Source: an uncultured Chloroflexia bacterium
GTDB taxonomy: Bacteria > Chloroflexota > Limnocylindria > Limnocylindrales > CSP1-4
Length of the DNA stretch: 64,000 bases
Direction: 5' to 3'
Assembly (NCBI GenBank): GCA_963844945.1
Contig: CAWJQZ010000024.1
Location: 8,116-72,115 of the forward strand
In this document: piece after piece, positions 18,324 to 30,035 of the stretch
Numbering within the stretch: position 1 is the stretch's first letter
Layout of the letters: every line of letters starts with the position of its first letter
Program-made: the position numbers and the translations under genes
Notes under the pieces: generated by a model
Told to the model about the DNA's origin: nothing
What the model saw: only the letters and a program-made list of their open reading frames with translations
The model's database searches: none

Positions 18324-19634
18324 ATGACGACTGACGCCGCGACCCGCGAACGCGTCTTCGAGGTCGACGAGCTCACCCGCGTCGAGGGCGAGGGATCGCT
18401 CGTCCTCAAGGTCCACAAGGGGAAGGTCACCGAGGCACGGCTGCGCATCTTCGAGGCGCCGCGCTACTTCGAGCAGCTGGTGGTGGAGCGGACACCCGAC
18501 GAGGTCATCGACATCGTCGCCCGCATCTGCGGCATCTGCCCGGTCGCGTACCAGATGAGCGCCGTCCACGCGTTCGAGGACCTCTTCTGGCTGAAGGTGG
18601 ACCCCGAGGTGCGGGCGCTCCGGCGCCTGCTCTACTGCGGCGAGTGGATCGAGAGCCACGCGCTCCACATCTACCTCCTCCACCTGCCCGACTTCCTCGG
18701 GTACGACTCCGCCATCGCCCTCGCGCACGACGACCGACCCGCGGTCGAGCGCGGCCTGCGGATGAAGAAGGCCGGCAACCAGATCCTCGAGGTGCTCGGC
18801 GGACGGCCGATCCACCCGGTGAGCGTCCGGGTCGGCGGCTTCAGCCGGGCGCCGCGCCCCTCCGAGCTCGAGCCCCTCCGCGCGCCGCTCGTGCAGGCGC
18901 TCGAGGACGCCAGGGAGACCGTGAAGCTCGTCGCGACCCTCGAGGCACCGGCGTTCGAGCGCGAGCCGCGGATGGTCGCGCTGCACAACCCGCGCGAGTA
19001 CCCGTACAACCACGGCCACATCCAGAGCACCGACGGGCTGGACCTCCGCCCCTCCGACTGGGACCGCGCCTTCCGCGAGGTCCAGATGGAGGGGTCCATG
19101 GCCCTCCACGCCCGCACGAAGGACGGCGGGACGTACCTCCTGGGACCGGCGTCGCGGATCGTCCTCGACGCGGACCAGCTCCATCCGATCGCCCGGGAGG
19201 CGCTGGCCGCGACCGGGATGGCGGACCGGATCCGGACGAACATCTACTGGAGCGTCATGGCGCGAGCCATCGAGCTCCTCCACGCGATCGCGGAGGCGAT
19301 CGACATCATCGACGCGTACCGGCCGCCGATCGAGGCGCGGGTGGCCTGGACGCCGAAGCCCGGCGTCGCTGCCTGGGCGACCGAGGCGCCGCGCGGCCTG
19401 CTCTTCCACCGGTACGAGGTGGACGAGCGCGGCCGCATCACGGCAGCGCAGATCGTCCCGCCCACCAGCCAGAACCAGGGCGCGATCGAGGACGACCTGC
19501 GGGCGTTCGCGCCGTCGGTCCTCGACCTGCCCGACGAGGAGGCGACCCTGCGCCTGGAGCAGCTGATCCGCAGCTACGACCCGTGCATCAGCTGCGCCAC
19601 GCACTTCCTGGACGTCCGCATCCTTCGCGATTGA
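18324..19634 (+). CDS. Group 3b [NiFe]-hydrogenase large (alpha) subunit
   Basis: TRVEGEG, L1 ARICGICP, EAPRG, L2 YDPCISCATH followed by a cleavable tail FLDVRILRD. Confidence 0.95.
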   Translation: MTTDAATRERVFEVDELTRVEGEGSLVLKVHKGKVTEARLRIFEAPRYFEQLVVERTPDEVIDIVARICGICPVAYQMSAVHAFEDLFWLKVDPEVRALRRLLYCGEWIESHALHIYLLHLPDFLGYDSAIALAHDDRPAVERGLRMKKAGNQILEVLGGRPIHPVSVRVGGFSRAPRPSELEPLRAPLVQALEDARETVKLVATLEAPAFEREPRMVALHNPREYPYNHGHIQSTDGLDLRPSDWDRAFREVQMEGSMALHARTKDGGTYLLGPASRIVLDADQLHPIAREALAATGMADRIRTNIYWSVMARAIELLHAIAEAIDIIDAYRPPIEARVAWTPKPGVAAWATEAPRGLLFHRYEVDERGRITAAQIVPPTSQNQGAIEDDLRAFAPSVLDLPDEEATLRLEQLIRSYDPCISCATHFLDVRILRD

Positions 19635-19895
19635 GGGGCACCGCGGCGGTGCCGGACGGGACGGGAGGGGGGCCGGAGCGGACGACGGGCGGCGGCGGCG
19701 AGCCGCGGCGCAGGATGCGCGCGGGGGCGGTGCGGGCGGCGCGACGATGACGTGGGCGCCCGTCGGAGGCACGCCGCGCGACGATGACGTGGGCGCCTCG
19801 CCGGACGCAGGCCGGAGCGTGCCCGCGGCCTCGGGCGGGGACGACGGCGCCACGCCCGAGCGGTCCGGGCGAGCCGGCCGATCGGCCTCGCCGTC

Positions 19896-20204
19896 GTGGC
19901 GCGCGTCCGCACGATCCTGGATGCGGCCGGGCCGTACACGATCCGGACGACGCGCAGCCAGGTCGCCTTCCGGCGGGCGCGCGGGTTCGCGTACCTCTGG
20001 GATCCCGGCCGGTACCTCCGACGACCGACCGCCGACGTGGTCCTGACGATCGCCCTGGGGCGGCACGATCGGTCGCCGCGGTTCAAGGAGGTCGTCCACC
20101 CGTCCGCGCGCCACTGGATCCACCACCTCGAGATCCACGACCCCGACGAGGTCGACCGCGAGGTCGCGGCATGGCTCCAGGAGGCGTGGGAGCGGGCCGG
20201 CTGA
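19896..20204 (+). CDS. DUF5655-like protein; N-terminus probably frameshifted and true start further upstream
   Basis: RTTRSQVAFRRARGFAYLW..SPRFKEVVHPSARHWIHHLEIHDPDEVDREVAAWLQEAW. Confidence 0.7.
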   Translation: MARVRTILDAAGPYTIRTTRSQVAFRRARGFAYLWDPGRYLRRPTADVVLTIALGRHDRSPRFKEVVHPSARHWIHHLEIHDPDEVDREVAAWLQEAWERAG

Positions 20205-20281
20205 CAGGACCGGAGCATCGGACGAGGACTCGTGGGGGCGCGGGTCGGGGGGGCGGGCGCGGGTCGGGGTGGGGGCGGCGG

Positions 20282-20364
20282 GGGGCGGCCGCGCGTCGGG
20301 CGTGGGGCGGCCGCGCGTCGGGCGTGGGGCGGCCGCGCGTCGGGCGTGGGGCGGCCGCGCGTCG
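20282..20364. repeat. Perfect 22-bp tandem repeat, 3 full copies plus 17 nt
   Basis: GGGGCGGCCGCGCGTCGGGCGT at 20282, 20304, 20326 and partial at 20348; no spacers. Confidence 0.95.
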
Positions 20365-20756
20365 TTCCTCTGCGTCACATGCACGGGGACGACGTTCGCT
20401 TGTGTGTGGTGCACGGACGCGACCATCCTCGCCTCCGCGTCGCCGCCCAGGGCCACGGACGGAGGCGAACGGCGCCGCAAGGCTCCGTTCCGGTCGGTTC
20501 CGTGCATCTCACGAACGGGATCGACGGCGAGGGGCACCTCGCGGCGCGGACACCGTCGCGTTCGTGCACCCCATGCAAGCCGGCCGATCCGCGAGGCCAG
20601 GCACCCCGGGGGCCGCGGAGGCCACGGACCGGTGCCTCGGGCACGGCCCACCGGGAGCGCCGAGGCGGCTCACGGACGCCCAGCGCGGCGGCCCAAGGCC
20701 GCACCCGGCGGGCTGCAAGGCGCACGCGTAGCGGAGTGGCGAGGCAGCCGCGGCCG

Positions 20757-21580
20757 TCAGGCGAGCAGCGTGATCCGACCCCGAGCACCACGAGGGCCGC
20801 GGCCCAGAGCGCCCCGGTCCGCGGCCGGACGCCCTCGCGCCGCCACTCGTAGGCCAGCGCCCAGAGCGGCGTGGTGGCGACCATCGTCTGGACGACGGCG
20901 GGGCTCCCCTGCCCCACGGCGACGATGACGAGGAGGAAGTACACCGTGATCGCCGCGGCACGGACCACCATCCGGGGCGTCTCGCGGAAGTCCACGTCGC
21001 GCGGGGGGATCGCGACGATGAAGACGATCCCCGCGAGCGCGGTCCGGACCACGTAGGTCTCCACCACGCCCACACCCTGGTCCGCGAGGAGCTTCGCGGT
21101 CATGGTGAGCGTCGCCGTCCCGGTGGCGACGCCGAGGATCCGGACGACCGTCCCGGCGCGGCCGAGCGGGCCGAACGCGTCGCGCAGGGCGAGCACGACG
21201 CCGGCGACGACCGCGACGGCCGCGACCACCTGGATCGGGTGGAGCGTCCCCGGCAGGAGGAGGCCGGTGAGGACGACGGCCGGGAGGGGCGCGAGCGCGA
21301 CGGCGGTGAGCTGGGACGAGGCGGGGCCGTGCGCGAGGAGGTCCCAGCCCGCGAGCGCCGTGACGATCATCGCGGCGACCGCACACAGGTGGAGCACGAC
21401 GATGAGCGGGCTCCAGGTCCACGGGGCGAACGGCGCGAACGGGAGCACGAGCGCGCAGTTGATGAGGTAGAGCGGGCCGATCATCTGCCGCGCGGGGTAG
21501 CGGCGGGTGAAGTCCTTGCTCATGAGCATCCCGGCCGCGTTCGCGACCGCGGCCGCGAGGCCGAGGAGGACGGCGGTCAT
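20757..21580 (-). CDS. DMT/EamA-family transporter; frameshift near the C-terminus (about 20780)
   Basis: MTAVLLGLAAAVANAAG, about 10 hydrophobic segments in two repeats, ATTPLWAL..REGVRPR. Confidence 0.75.
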
Positions 21581-21656
21581 CGATGATGCCGGGGGCGTGG
21601 CCCTGAGCCGCGGCGGGCCCGCGACCGGGCCCGGCAGGACGGACCGCCGGCCGCCT

Positions 21657-22663
21657 TCATCCGATCTCCAGGACGGCGGCCCCCTCCACCTCGCCCGCAC
21701 GGAGTCGCGCGAGCGCGTCGTTGCCGGCCACGAGCGGGAACCGGTCCACGGCGGTGCGGATGGGGATCTCGGCGGCGAGAGCGAGGAGCTCCTCCGCGTC
21801 GCGGCGCGTGAAGTTCGCGACGCTGCGGAGGGACCGCTCCCACCAGAGCAGGTCGTAGTCGAAGGCGGGGATCCGGTCGAGGTGGATCGCGTTGATCGCG
21901 ACCGTCCCGCCCCGGTCCACCGCGCGGAGTGCCGCGATGACGACGTCGCCGGACGGCGCGAACGTGACGGCCGCGTCGAGGGGCGCGGCGGCGGGTCGTC
22001 GTAGCCGCCGACGGAGGCGGCGCCCAGCGAGATCGCCCGCTCTCGCTCGCGCTCCGAACGGGTCGCGACGTGGACCTCGCACCCCCAGTGCCGCGCGACC
22101 TGGATGGCGATGAGCGCGGACGCCCCGAACCCGTACAGGCCCAGCCGCCCGCCGGGCTGGATCCCGGAGATCCTCAGCGCCCGGTACCCGATCACCCCGC
22201 CGCAGAGCAGGGGCGCGGCCGCGAGGTCCGCGAAGCCCTCGGGGATCCGGAGGGCGGCGTCCGCCCGGATCGCGATCCGCTCCGCGAAGCCGCCGTCGCG
22301 GTCCCATCCCGTGAAGACCGCCGCGTCGCAGAGGTTCTCGCGGCCCGCGCGGCAGCGGGGGCACGTGCCGCACGCACCGCCGAACCACCCGGCTCCGGCG
22401 CGGTCGCCCACGGCCCAGCCCTCGACGCCGGCCCCGACCGACTCCACGCGGCCGACCGGCTGGTGGCCCGGGACGATCGGGAGGCGGCGGGCGGCGATGT
22501 CGCCCTCGGCGATCTGCAGGTCCGTGCGGCACACCCCGCACGCGGCGACGCGGACGACGATCTCCCCGGGCCCGGCGATCGGGTCCGGAAGCTCCACGAG
22601 GCGGAGCGGCCCGGCGTCACCCGGCGAGGCGGGGCCGGGGTGCTCGACGACCAGCGCGCGCAC
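21657..22663 (-). CDS. Zinc-dependent alcohol dehydrogenase (AdhP-like); frameshift near 21990
   Basis: CGVCRTD, PGHQPVG, CGTCPRC..ENLC, GLYGFGASA; C-terminus LWWERSLRSVANFTR in the second frame. Confidence 0.9.
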
Positions 22664-22675
22664 GCGGGCGTCCGC

Positions 22676-24165
22676 TCAGTCCGGCAGGATCTTGCCGGGG
22701 TTCATGATCCCGAGCGGGTCGAGCCCGGCCTTGATGGCGCGCATCGCGCGCACGGAGCCCTCGCCGCGGGTCGCCTCGAGCCAGTCGCGCTTCACGAGCC
22801 CGATCCCGTGCTCCCCGGTCACGGTCCCCCCGAGCTCGACGGCGGCGGCGTACACGCGATGACGCGCGTGGTCGATCCGGTCGGCCGCCGACGGGTCGTC
22901 GCGCGGCACGATGAACGTGGGGTGCAGGTTCCCGTCGCCGACGTGGCCGAAGGTCCCGCCGGGCATCCCCTCCTCGGAGAGCACGCGCTCCACGGCCGCC
23001 ACCAGCTCGGCCATCCGCGACCGCGGGACCGCGACGTCCTCCATCCGGGCCACCCCCAGCCGCTCGAGCGCGTAGTAGGCCTGCCGTCGTCCCTGCCGGA
23101 GCATGTCGGCCTCGCCGGGATCGGTCGAGGCGACCGTGAAGGTGGACCCGGCGTCCACGCATGCCTGCTCGGCGACCGCGACCTCCGCCGCGGCGGCCGC
23201 TCCCGGCGCATCCGACTCGACCATGAGCATCGCCGCCGCGGTCGTGTCGAACCCGAAGTGCCCGAACTCCTCGGCCGCGCGGATCGTGAACCCGTCCATC
23301 ATCTCCAGGGTGCACGGGACGATCCTCGCCGCGGTGATCCGCGAGACGGCGTCGCCCGCGGCCGCAAGCGACGAGAAGAAGGCGAGCATCGTCATCTTGG
23401 GCGGCGGGGTGGGCCGCAGGCGGACCGTGATCTCCGTCACGATCCCGAGCGTCCCCTGCGACCCGACCATCAGGCGCGTGAGGTCGTAGCCGGCCACGTC
23501 CTTCACGGTGGGGCGGGCCGTCCGGATGACGCTCCCGTCGGCGAGGACCACCTCCAGCGAGGCGATCGATTCGCGCGTCACGCCGTACTTGACGCAGCAG
23601 AGGCCGCCGGCGTTCGTCCCCACGTTGCCGCCGAGCGAGCAGGTCTCGTAGCTCGCCGGATCCGGCGGGTAGAAGAGCCCGTGCTCGGCCACGGCCGTCT
23701 TGTACGCGGCGTTGATGATCCCCGGCTGGACGACGGACGTGAGGTCCGCCTCGTCGATCGAGAGGATGCTCGCCATCTTCCGGAACGTCATGACCACGCC
23801 GCCCTCGACGGCGGCGGCGCCGCCCGAGAGCCCCGTCCCCTCGCCCCGCGGGACGATCGGGATCCGATACGCGGCCGCGAGGCGGACGACCTCCGCGACC
23901 TCGCTCGTGGACGACGGCGCGACGACGGCGATCGGCAGGGGCGGCTCGATGTTGGCGGTCTCGTCGCAGCGGTTCGCCTCGAGGTCGGTGGGATCCGTGC
24001 GGACGGACAGGCCCGGAAGGCGCGCGGCGAGCGCGGCGAGGAAGGCGGCCCCGCGGGCGGATCCGGCCGCGCGTGGCGCAGCGGCTCGGCGCCGATCGGC
24101 TCGACGACCGCGGGGCTCGGGTCGACGGTGGCGAGGCCGGCGCCCCCAGTGGATCGATCGCTCAC
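22676..24165 (-). CDS. FAD-linked oxidase, glycolate oxidase GlcD / D-lactate dehydrogenase family; N-terminal frameshifts
   Basis: YPPDPAS, GGNVGTNAGG, KYGVTR, GSQGTLGIVTE, GHVGDGNLHP, TGEHGIG, MNPGK. Confidence 0.88.
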
Positions 24166-24220
24166 GCTCGCACCTCCGGCGACCCCCAGATCGAGGGCCC
24201 GCGGCGCGGGCCTGGTTCCG

Positions 24221-24887
24221 TCAGCGGTCGGCCGACCGCCGGCCGATCGCCATCCACGTGGCGCGCAGGATCACCGCCGCGAGGACGAGCTTCAGCACGT
24301 CGCCGAGGATGAACGGGACGAGGCCGAGGGAGATGGCCTCGCCGAGCGGGAGGGCCATCGACACGGCCAGCCACGGGACGCCCACCGCGTAGATCGCGAC
24401 GGTCCCCAGGATCATCGCGGCCACCGCCCCACCCGGCGCGCGGTCCCAGCCGAGCTCGGCGAGCCGGCCGGTGAGCCCGGCGGCGAGCGCGAACCCGATG
24501 AGGTAGCCACCCGTCGGCGCGAGATGGAGGCCGCCCTGGAGCGTCCCGAAGGTGTCGATCCCCGACGTGTGGCCCGCGTACACGGGCAGCCCCACCAGGC
24601 CGAGGGCGAGGTAGAGCACCGCGGCGGCGACACCGCGGCGGAAGCCGAGGGCGCTGCCCACGACGAGGACCGCGAGGGTCTGCGCGGTGACGGGGACGGG
24701 CGTGCCCGGGACGGGGATGACGATCGTCGCGGAGAGGGCGATCAGGAGCGCCCCGAGGATGACGAGGCCGAGGTGCCGCATCCGCGCGGACACCCTCTCG
24801 CCCACCCTGACCGGGACAAGGAAGTCCCCGATCGTGATCCCGCTCAGCAGCGGGCACGCGGACGAGCCGCGGGGTCGCGATCGTCAT
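24221..24887 (-). CDS. bioY: Biotin ECF transporter S-component BioY; frameshift near the start
   Basis: PVPVTAQTLAV, YLALGLVGLPVYA, PTGGYLIGF, IYAVGVPWL, PFILGDVLK. Confidence 0.9.
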
Positions 24888-25019
24888 CCATCCCTCCATG
24901 GCCCGGCAGGGGCCGGGTCCGTCCGCTCAGTCTATCAGCGGGCTGAGGCGGGCGGGCTCCCGGACGGCCGGGCGGATGGGTCGAGCGGGGGGCCGGAACC
25001 GCCCCGGGTCGCCCGCCGG

Positions 25020-27546
25020 CTACTCGCCGCGGACGGCGCGGACGATCTGGACCCGGCTCGCGATCCGCGCGGGATAGGCCGCGGCGAGCATCGCGACGAC
25101 GACGCCGAGGATCGCGACGACGACGATCGTGTTCCACGGCACATCGGCGATCCCGGAGAGCGGCGCACCCTGCGTGACGATCATGACGACGCCGACGAGC
25201 AGGCCCGCGACCACGCCGAGGATCGCCCCGACGACGCCGAGGATGCCGGCTTCCACGAGGACCATCCGCCACGCCTGTGAGCGGGTGAGGCCGGTGGCGC
25301 GGAGGACGCCGATCTCGCGGATGCGCTCCATCACGTTCATGGCCAGCGTGTTCACGATCCCGAGGCCGGCGACGATGATGGCGATGAGCGCGATCGCGTC
25401 GAAGATGCCGAAGAGCCGGCCGACCGCCCCCTCCGCCTGCGAACGGATGGCGTCCAGCCCGGTGGGCTCGAGGGCGAGCTCGCGGGACGCGGCCGCGACC
25501 TGGGGCGCGGCCGTGGCCTCCGCCCCGGCGTCATAGCGGACGGCGAAGAAGTCGGCGCCGACCGCTCCCAGGCTGTCGGTCGCGTCGGCCCAGGAGACGA
25601 GCGCGGTCTCCGACCCGGGGCCGGGGAACGTGTGCTGGACGATGCCGGCGACGGTGAGCTCCGTCACCGCATCGCCGAAGCCGATCCGCATGACGTCCCC
25701 GAGCTTGAGCCCGAGCCGGTCGGCGAGGGTGCGGGGGAGGATCGTGGTGCCGCCCGCGTCCAGGCCGCCCAGGGCGGCCTGGCGGTCGCCGTCCACGAAG
25801 GTGAGCCGGCCGTCCGCGAGGAGGTCCGCCCCCGAGATCGCCGATGCGGGCACCCGGTACAGATCCGCCCCGCCGCCCACCTGGGCGGCGATGACGAACG
25901 AGCCGACGGGGGTCACGCGCTCCACGCCCGGGATCGCCGCGAGCTCCTCCGCGGTCCCCTCGTCGGGGGCGATGGGGCGGATCGACGAGACCACGGTGGA
26001 CCCGGGGACGACGTCGGTGATCCACGCGCCGGCCGAGGAGCGGGCGAGCGAGCCGATGGACGCGATCGCGACCACCATCGAGACCCCGATCGCCAGCGCA
26101 CCCACCGTGAGCGCCGTCCGCGTGGGGTCGCGGACGAGGGCGCCACGCGTGAGACGGACCTCCGTCCGGAAGAAGAGCGCGAACGGCCACGAGGCGATCG
26201 CCCGAGCGGTCGGAGCAGGAACGGCGATGCGAGGGCGGTCGCGAGGAGGACGAGGTACACGAGGAGCGGTCCCAGGAGGCGGATCCCGGACTGGGCGCCG
26301 GCAGGGAGGAAGACCACGCCGCCGATCCCGACGACGATCGCGACGACAGCGAGCCACCAGAGGCGAGCGCGGACGGCGCGGGACGGGTCGACGACGGAGC
26401 GGAGCGCCTCGACCGGCGAGAGGCGGCCGGCCCGCCACGCGGGCTCGAGCGCGGCGACCGCGGTGACGATCACACCGAGCACGAGGGCGAAGACGGGGCC
26501 CACCGGATCGACCGTGAGGGAGGTCACGCGCACGCCCTCCGCGGCGCGAAGCACCGCGAGGACGACGGCCCCGAGCAGGAGCCCGAGGACGGCCCCCGCC
26601 GCGGCGCCGAGGAGGCCGACGACGATCGCCTGGAGCAGGAAGATCACGTGACCTGCCGGCGCGTGGCGCCGGCGGCCCGGAGCAGCGCGACCTCGCGAAG
26701 GCGCTCGGCGACGGTCATCGAGATCGTGTTGAAGATGACGAACGCCGCCACGAACAGCACCACGGCGGCGACGATGCCGAAGATCGTCCGGATGTCCGCC
26801 GTCGACTCGCGGAGCGAGGCGGCGATGTCCGCGGGGAGCTCCAGCACGTACGGATCACGGTCAGGCTCGCGGCGAGGGAGTCCGCCGCGGCCGTGACGTC
26901 CGTGCCCTGGCCCAGGTCCACGTCCACGACGGAGACGGCATCCGTCGCGAAGAGCTCCTGCGCGGAGTCGAGCGTCACCCACGCCGTGCGGCCGAACGCG
27001 GTGGGGACGGGGCCGTCGCCCGCGACGATCCCGATGACGCGGTAGTCGGTGGGCGCGCCGGCGCCGTACAGCGTCACGGTGCTCCCGAGGTCCAGGCCGC
27101 GCTCCTTCGCGAGCGCCTCCGTGACGAGCATGCTCCGCTGGGTGTCGGCACCGAGGTCGATGCCGCGGACGATCGTGAGGTCGCGGATGAGGCGCTCGGC
27201 GTCCGGGTCGATCCTCGACGGTGATCGGGTCGCCCGTGGGCAGCTCCTGCGCCACCAGGAAGGTCTTCCGTTCGAGGACGGGGGCGACCGCGGAGACGCC
27301 CGGCGTGTCGCGGATCGCCTGCACCGACGCGGGCGAGAGCCCGGTCTCGGCGAACGCCTGGACCCGCAGGTCGGCGCGGCCGACGAGATCGCGCACCGTG
27401 GAGGCGACCGCCGCGTCGAGCGTCGCGCTCGTCACCTGCATGGCGAACAGGACGCCGACGCCGAGCGCGACGCCCATGATGGTGAGGACGGTGCGGACGC
27501 GCCGCGCCGCGAGGCTGCGCCAGGCCAGCGAGGCGAGGCTGCGCAC
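25020..27546 (-). CDS. MacB/FtsX-like ABC transporter permease (two-repeat type); several frameshifts
   Basis: LAWRSLAARRVRTVLT, IFNTISMTVAERLREVALLRAAGATRRQV, IVNTLAMNVMERIREIGVLRATGLTRSQ, AYPARIASR. Confidence 0.88.
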
Positions 27547-27549
27547 GGG

Positions 27550-28342
27550 CTAGAGGCCCAGCTGCGCGAGCCGCTGGATGAGGGGCAGCGCCGTGTGCTC
27601 GGTCCGGCGGCCCAGCACGATCTCGTCGCCCACGTGCCCGTCGAGGAAGACGAAGACGCGGTCCGCGTAGGCGGCGGCCTTCGCGTCGTGGGTCACGAGG
27701 ATGATCGTCTGGCCCTGCTCGTTGCACGAGCGGAAGAGGACGTCGAGGATCTGGTGCCGGTGGAGAAGTCGAGGTTGCCGGTGGGCTCGTCGGCGAAGAG
27801 GAGGGCGGGGCGGGTCACGAGCGCACGCGCGATGGCGACGCGCTGCTGCTCGCCGGCGACAGCTGGTCGGGCCGGTTGCGCTCCTTGCCGGTCAGCTCCA
27901 CCGAGTCGATGGCCGCCTGCACCCGCTCGCCGGCCTCGCCGCGCGTGGGGTCCACGCCGGCGATCGTGAACGGGAGCGCGACGTTCTCGCGGACGTTGAG
28001 CACCGGGATGAGGTTGAAGAACTGGAAGACGAAGCCCGTGCGGTCGCGGCGGAGGCGCGTGGCCTCGTTGTCCGTCAGGGCGCTGATGTCGCGACCCTCG
28101 AGCACGACGCGTCCCGAGGTGGGTCGGTCGAGCCCGCCGAGCAGCTGGAGGAGCGTGCTCTTCCCGGAGCCGGAGGGGCCCATGAAGGCGACGAACTCGC
28201 CAGGGCTCACGGAGAGGGTCACGCCCCGGAGGGCCTCGACCACGTTCTCGCCCACGATGTAGCGCTTGGCGAGGTCGTGGGCCTCCAGGATGGGCGTGGG
28301 GGCGGCCGGGGCAGGAGCAGGTGCGGCGGTCGTCTCGGTCAT
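27550..28342 (-). CDS. ABC transporter ATP-binding protein (LolD/MacB type); frameshifts
   Basis: [43 protein letters not shown]. Confidence 0.92.
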
Positions 28343-28397
28343 CGCGCGTCCAGTCTAGCCGCCCGCGGGAGCGGCTCAAGGGTCATCGGGACCGGCT

Positions 28398-29491
28398 TCA
28401 GAACCCGAAGAGTCCGGAGAGGATGAACGACACGAGCGATGCGACCAGATCCTGGCCGCCCGGGAGCGGATAGACGCGGAGGCTGACGCCCGGCGGGAGG
28501 ACCGACGGGCCGGGTGACGGCGACGGCGTGGGCGCCATCGTGGGGGCGGGAGTAGGCGTCAGGGCGGAGGTCGGGATGGGCGATGCCGTCGGGGCCGGGG
28601 TGGGCGGGGGCGCCGGGGTCGAGACCGGGGTCGGCGGGGGTGTCGGGACCGGGGTCGGCATCGGCGTGGCCGTCGGCCGCGGCGTCGCCGTCGGCCGCGC
28701 CGTCGCCCGCGGATCGCCCTTCGCCATCCCCGGAGTCGGCATGGGCCTCGCCGTCGGCCTCAGGGTCGGCTTCGGCGTGGGCCTCGGCGTCGGCTTCGCG
28801 GTCGGCTTCGGCGTGGGAGTGGCGGCCATCGTGGGTGCCGCCGTCGCGGGCGCGCGGTGGGCTTCGGTGTCGGCTTCGGTGTGGGCTTGGGGTCGGTCGG
28901 GTGGGCTTGGGGGTGGGTTTCGGGGTGGGCTTCGGGGTGGGCTTGGGGGTCGGTGCCGGCTTCCCCCCGCACCTGTCGGCGAAGAGGACCGTCCACGTCT
29001 TGTCTCCGTCGCCGGAGTAGGCGCCGATCCCCACGACGTCCCATGCCTTGCCCACGATGTTCTCGCGATGCGACGGCGAGTTCATGAACATCGACTGGAT
29101 GGCGCCGGTCGCCTCTCCGTCGGGGTAGGTGTTCCAGCCGATGTTCTCGCCCGCGAGCTCGTAGCAGTAGCCGCGCGCGTCGAGCACGTTGAAGACGTTG
29201 CCGCCACCGGGGATCGAGTGGCTGAAGTAGTCGTTCTCGATCATGTCCTTGCTCCGCCACCGCGCGACCTCGCGGAGGGTCGAGTCGACCTTCAGCGCCG
29301 GGAGGCCGGCCGCGGCCCTGGCCTGGTTCGTGAGCGCGACCAGGTCCGACTCGGACGCGGCGTTGTACGTGCCCGGCGACCATGCCGCGACACGTCCCGG
29401 CGTGAGCGCGAGCGACGCCGAAGGCGACGAGCAGCGCAAGGACGATCGGCGAGAGCCGCAGGGCACGTGGACGCGCGGGGACGAGGATCAT
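28398..29491 (-). CDS. Secreted CAP (SCP/YkwD) domain protein with a long Pro/Thr/Lys-rich linker; frameshifts
   Basis: LTNQARAAAGL, ARWRSKDM..YFSH, AGENIG, FMNSPSHRENI; PTPKPTPKPT repeats; hydrophobic C-terminus. Confidence 0.85.
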
Positions 29492-29695
29492 GACCCTGCG
29501 AACGTTGATCCGCCGGCGTGCGGTCGGACACCGCGCGATGGTGCCGGGCGGCACCGCCATAGGTACCGGGGCACCCGGCCGGCGCTGCGAAGGTTCCGCA
29601 ACGGAGAGGGCCGCGAGACGCACCCTCCCGCTATACTCCGCCGTGCCCGAGGCCCGGGCGACGAGTAGATCCGACCGCGGGGCTTCGCCGGCCGC

Positions 29696-29774
29696 GGTGG
29701 CCATAGCTCAATCGGCAGAGCACTGGATTGTGGCTCCAGAGAGGTCGCGGGTTCGAACCCCGCTGGCCACCCCA
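29696..29774 (+). tRNA. tRNA-His(GTG) with G-1 and encoded CCA
   Basis: Acceptor GTGGCCA/TGGCCAC, C discriminator plus CCA, D arm GCTC/GAGC, anticodon arm CTGGA-TTGTGGC-TCCAG, T arm GCGGG-TTCGAAC-CCCGC; TATACT at 29632. Variable loop AGAGGTC is 2 nt longer than usual. Confidence 0.95.
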
Positions 29775-29850
29775 CCGCCGTCGCGATCGCTCCGGTGAAG
29801 TCGGGCCTGTCGAACCCGATGACGATGTACTCCAGCGGACCGAGCGTCAT
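29775..29850 (-). pseudogene. 5' fragment (about 25 codons) of a DUF6325-like gene, cut off at the tRNA 3' end
   Basis: AGGAGG RBS plus MTLGPLEYIVIGFDRPDFTGAIA, then reads into the antisense of the tRNA. Confidence 0.7.
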
Positions 29851-29994
29851 GGATCGCCTCCTGTTCGTGTCGCGAGGCCCCGGCCGGAGGGGTCCTGCCG
29901 AAGGCCCGGGCTCAGGCGCCCATCGCGAGGGTCGCGACCCGACTGAGGTGGGACTCGAACTCCCTTGCCTCATGGAGCAGTGAAACGCCTTCGT

Positions 29995-30035
29995 CCGGCT
30001 CCCGCATCACTCGCCGGGAGTGATGCGGGAGCCGG
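29995..30035. promoter_or_regulatory. Perfect inverted repeat with 18-bp arms, containing palindrome copy 1 (30003-30027)
   Basis: CCGGCTCCCGCATCACTC-GCCGG-GAGTGATGCGGGAGCCGG between two divergent genes. Confidence 0.65.

Noticed and set aside
20282-20364. 22-bp direct repeats as a CRISPR array
   Set aside because: Copies are head-to-tail with no spacers, and there are no cas genes in the window.
28520-28960. GGCTTCGG-type repeats as a DNA repeat element
   Set aside because: They encode the PTPKPT linker of the CAP protein.
29739-29746. Enlarged variable loop of tRNA-His (AGAGGTC)
   Set aside because: A 2-nt AG duplication is most simply a sequencing error in this assembly.
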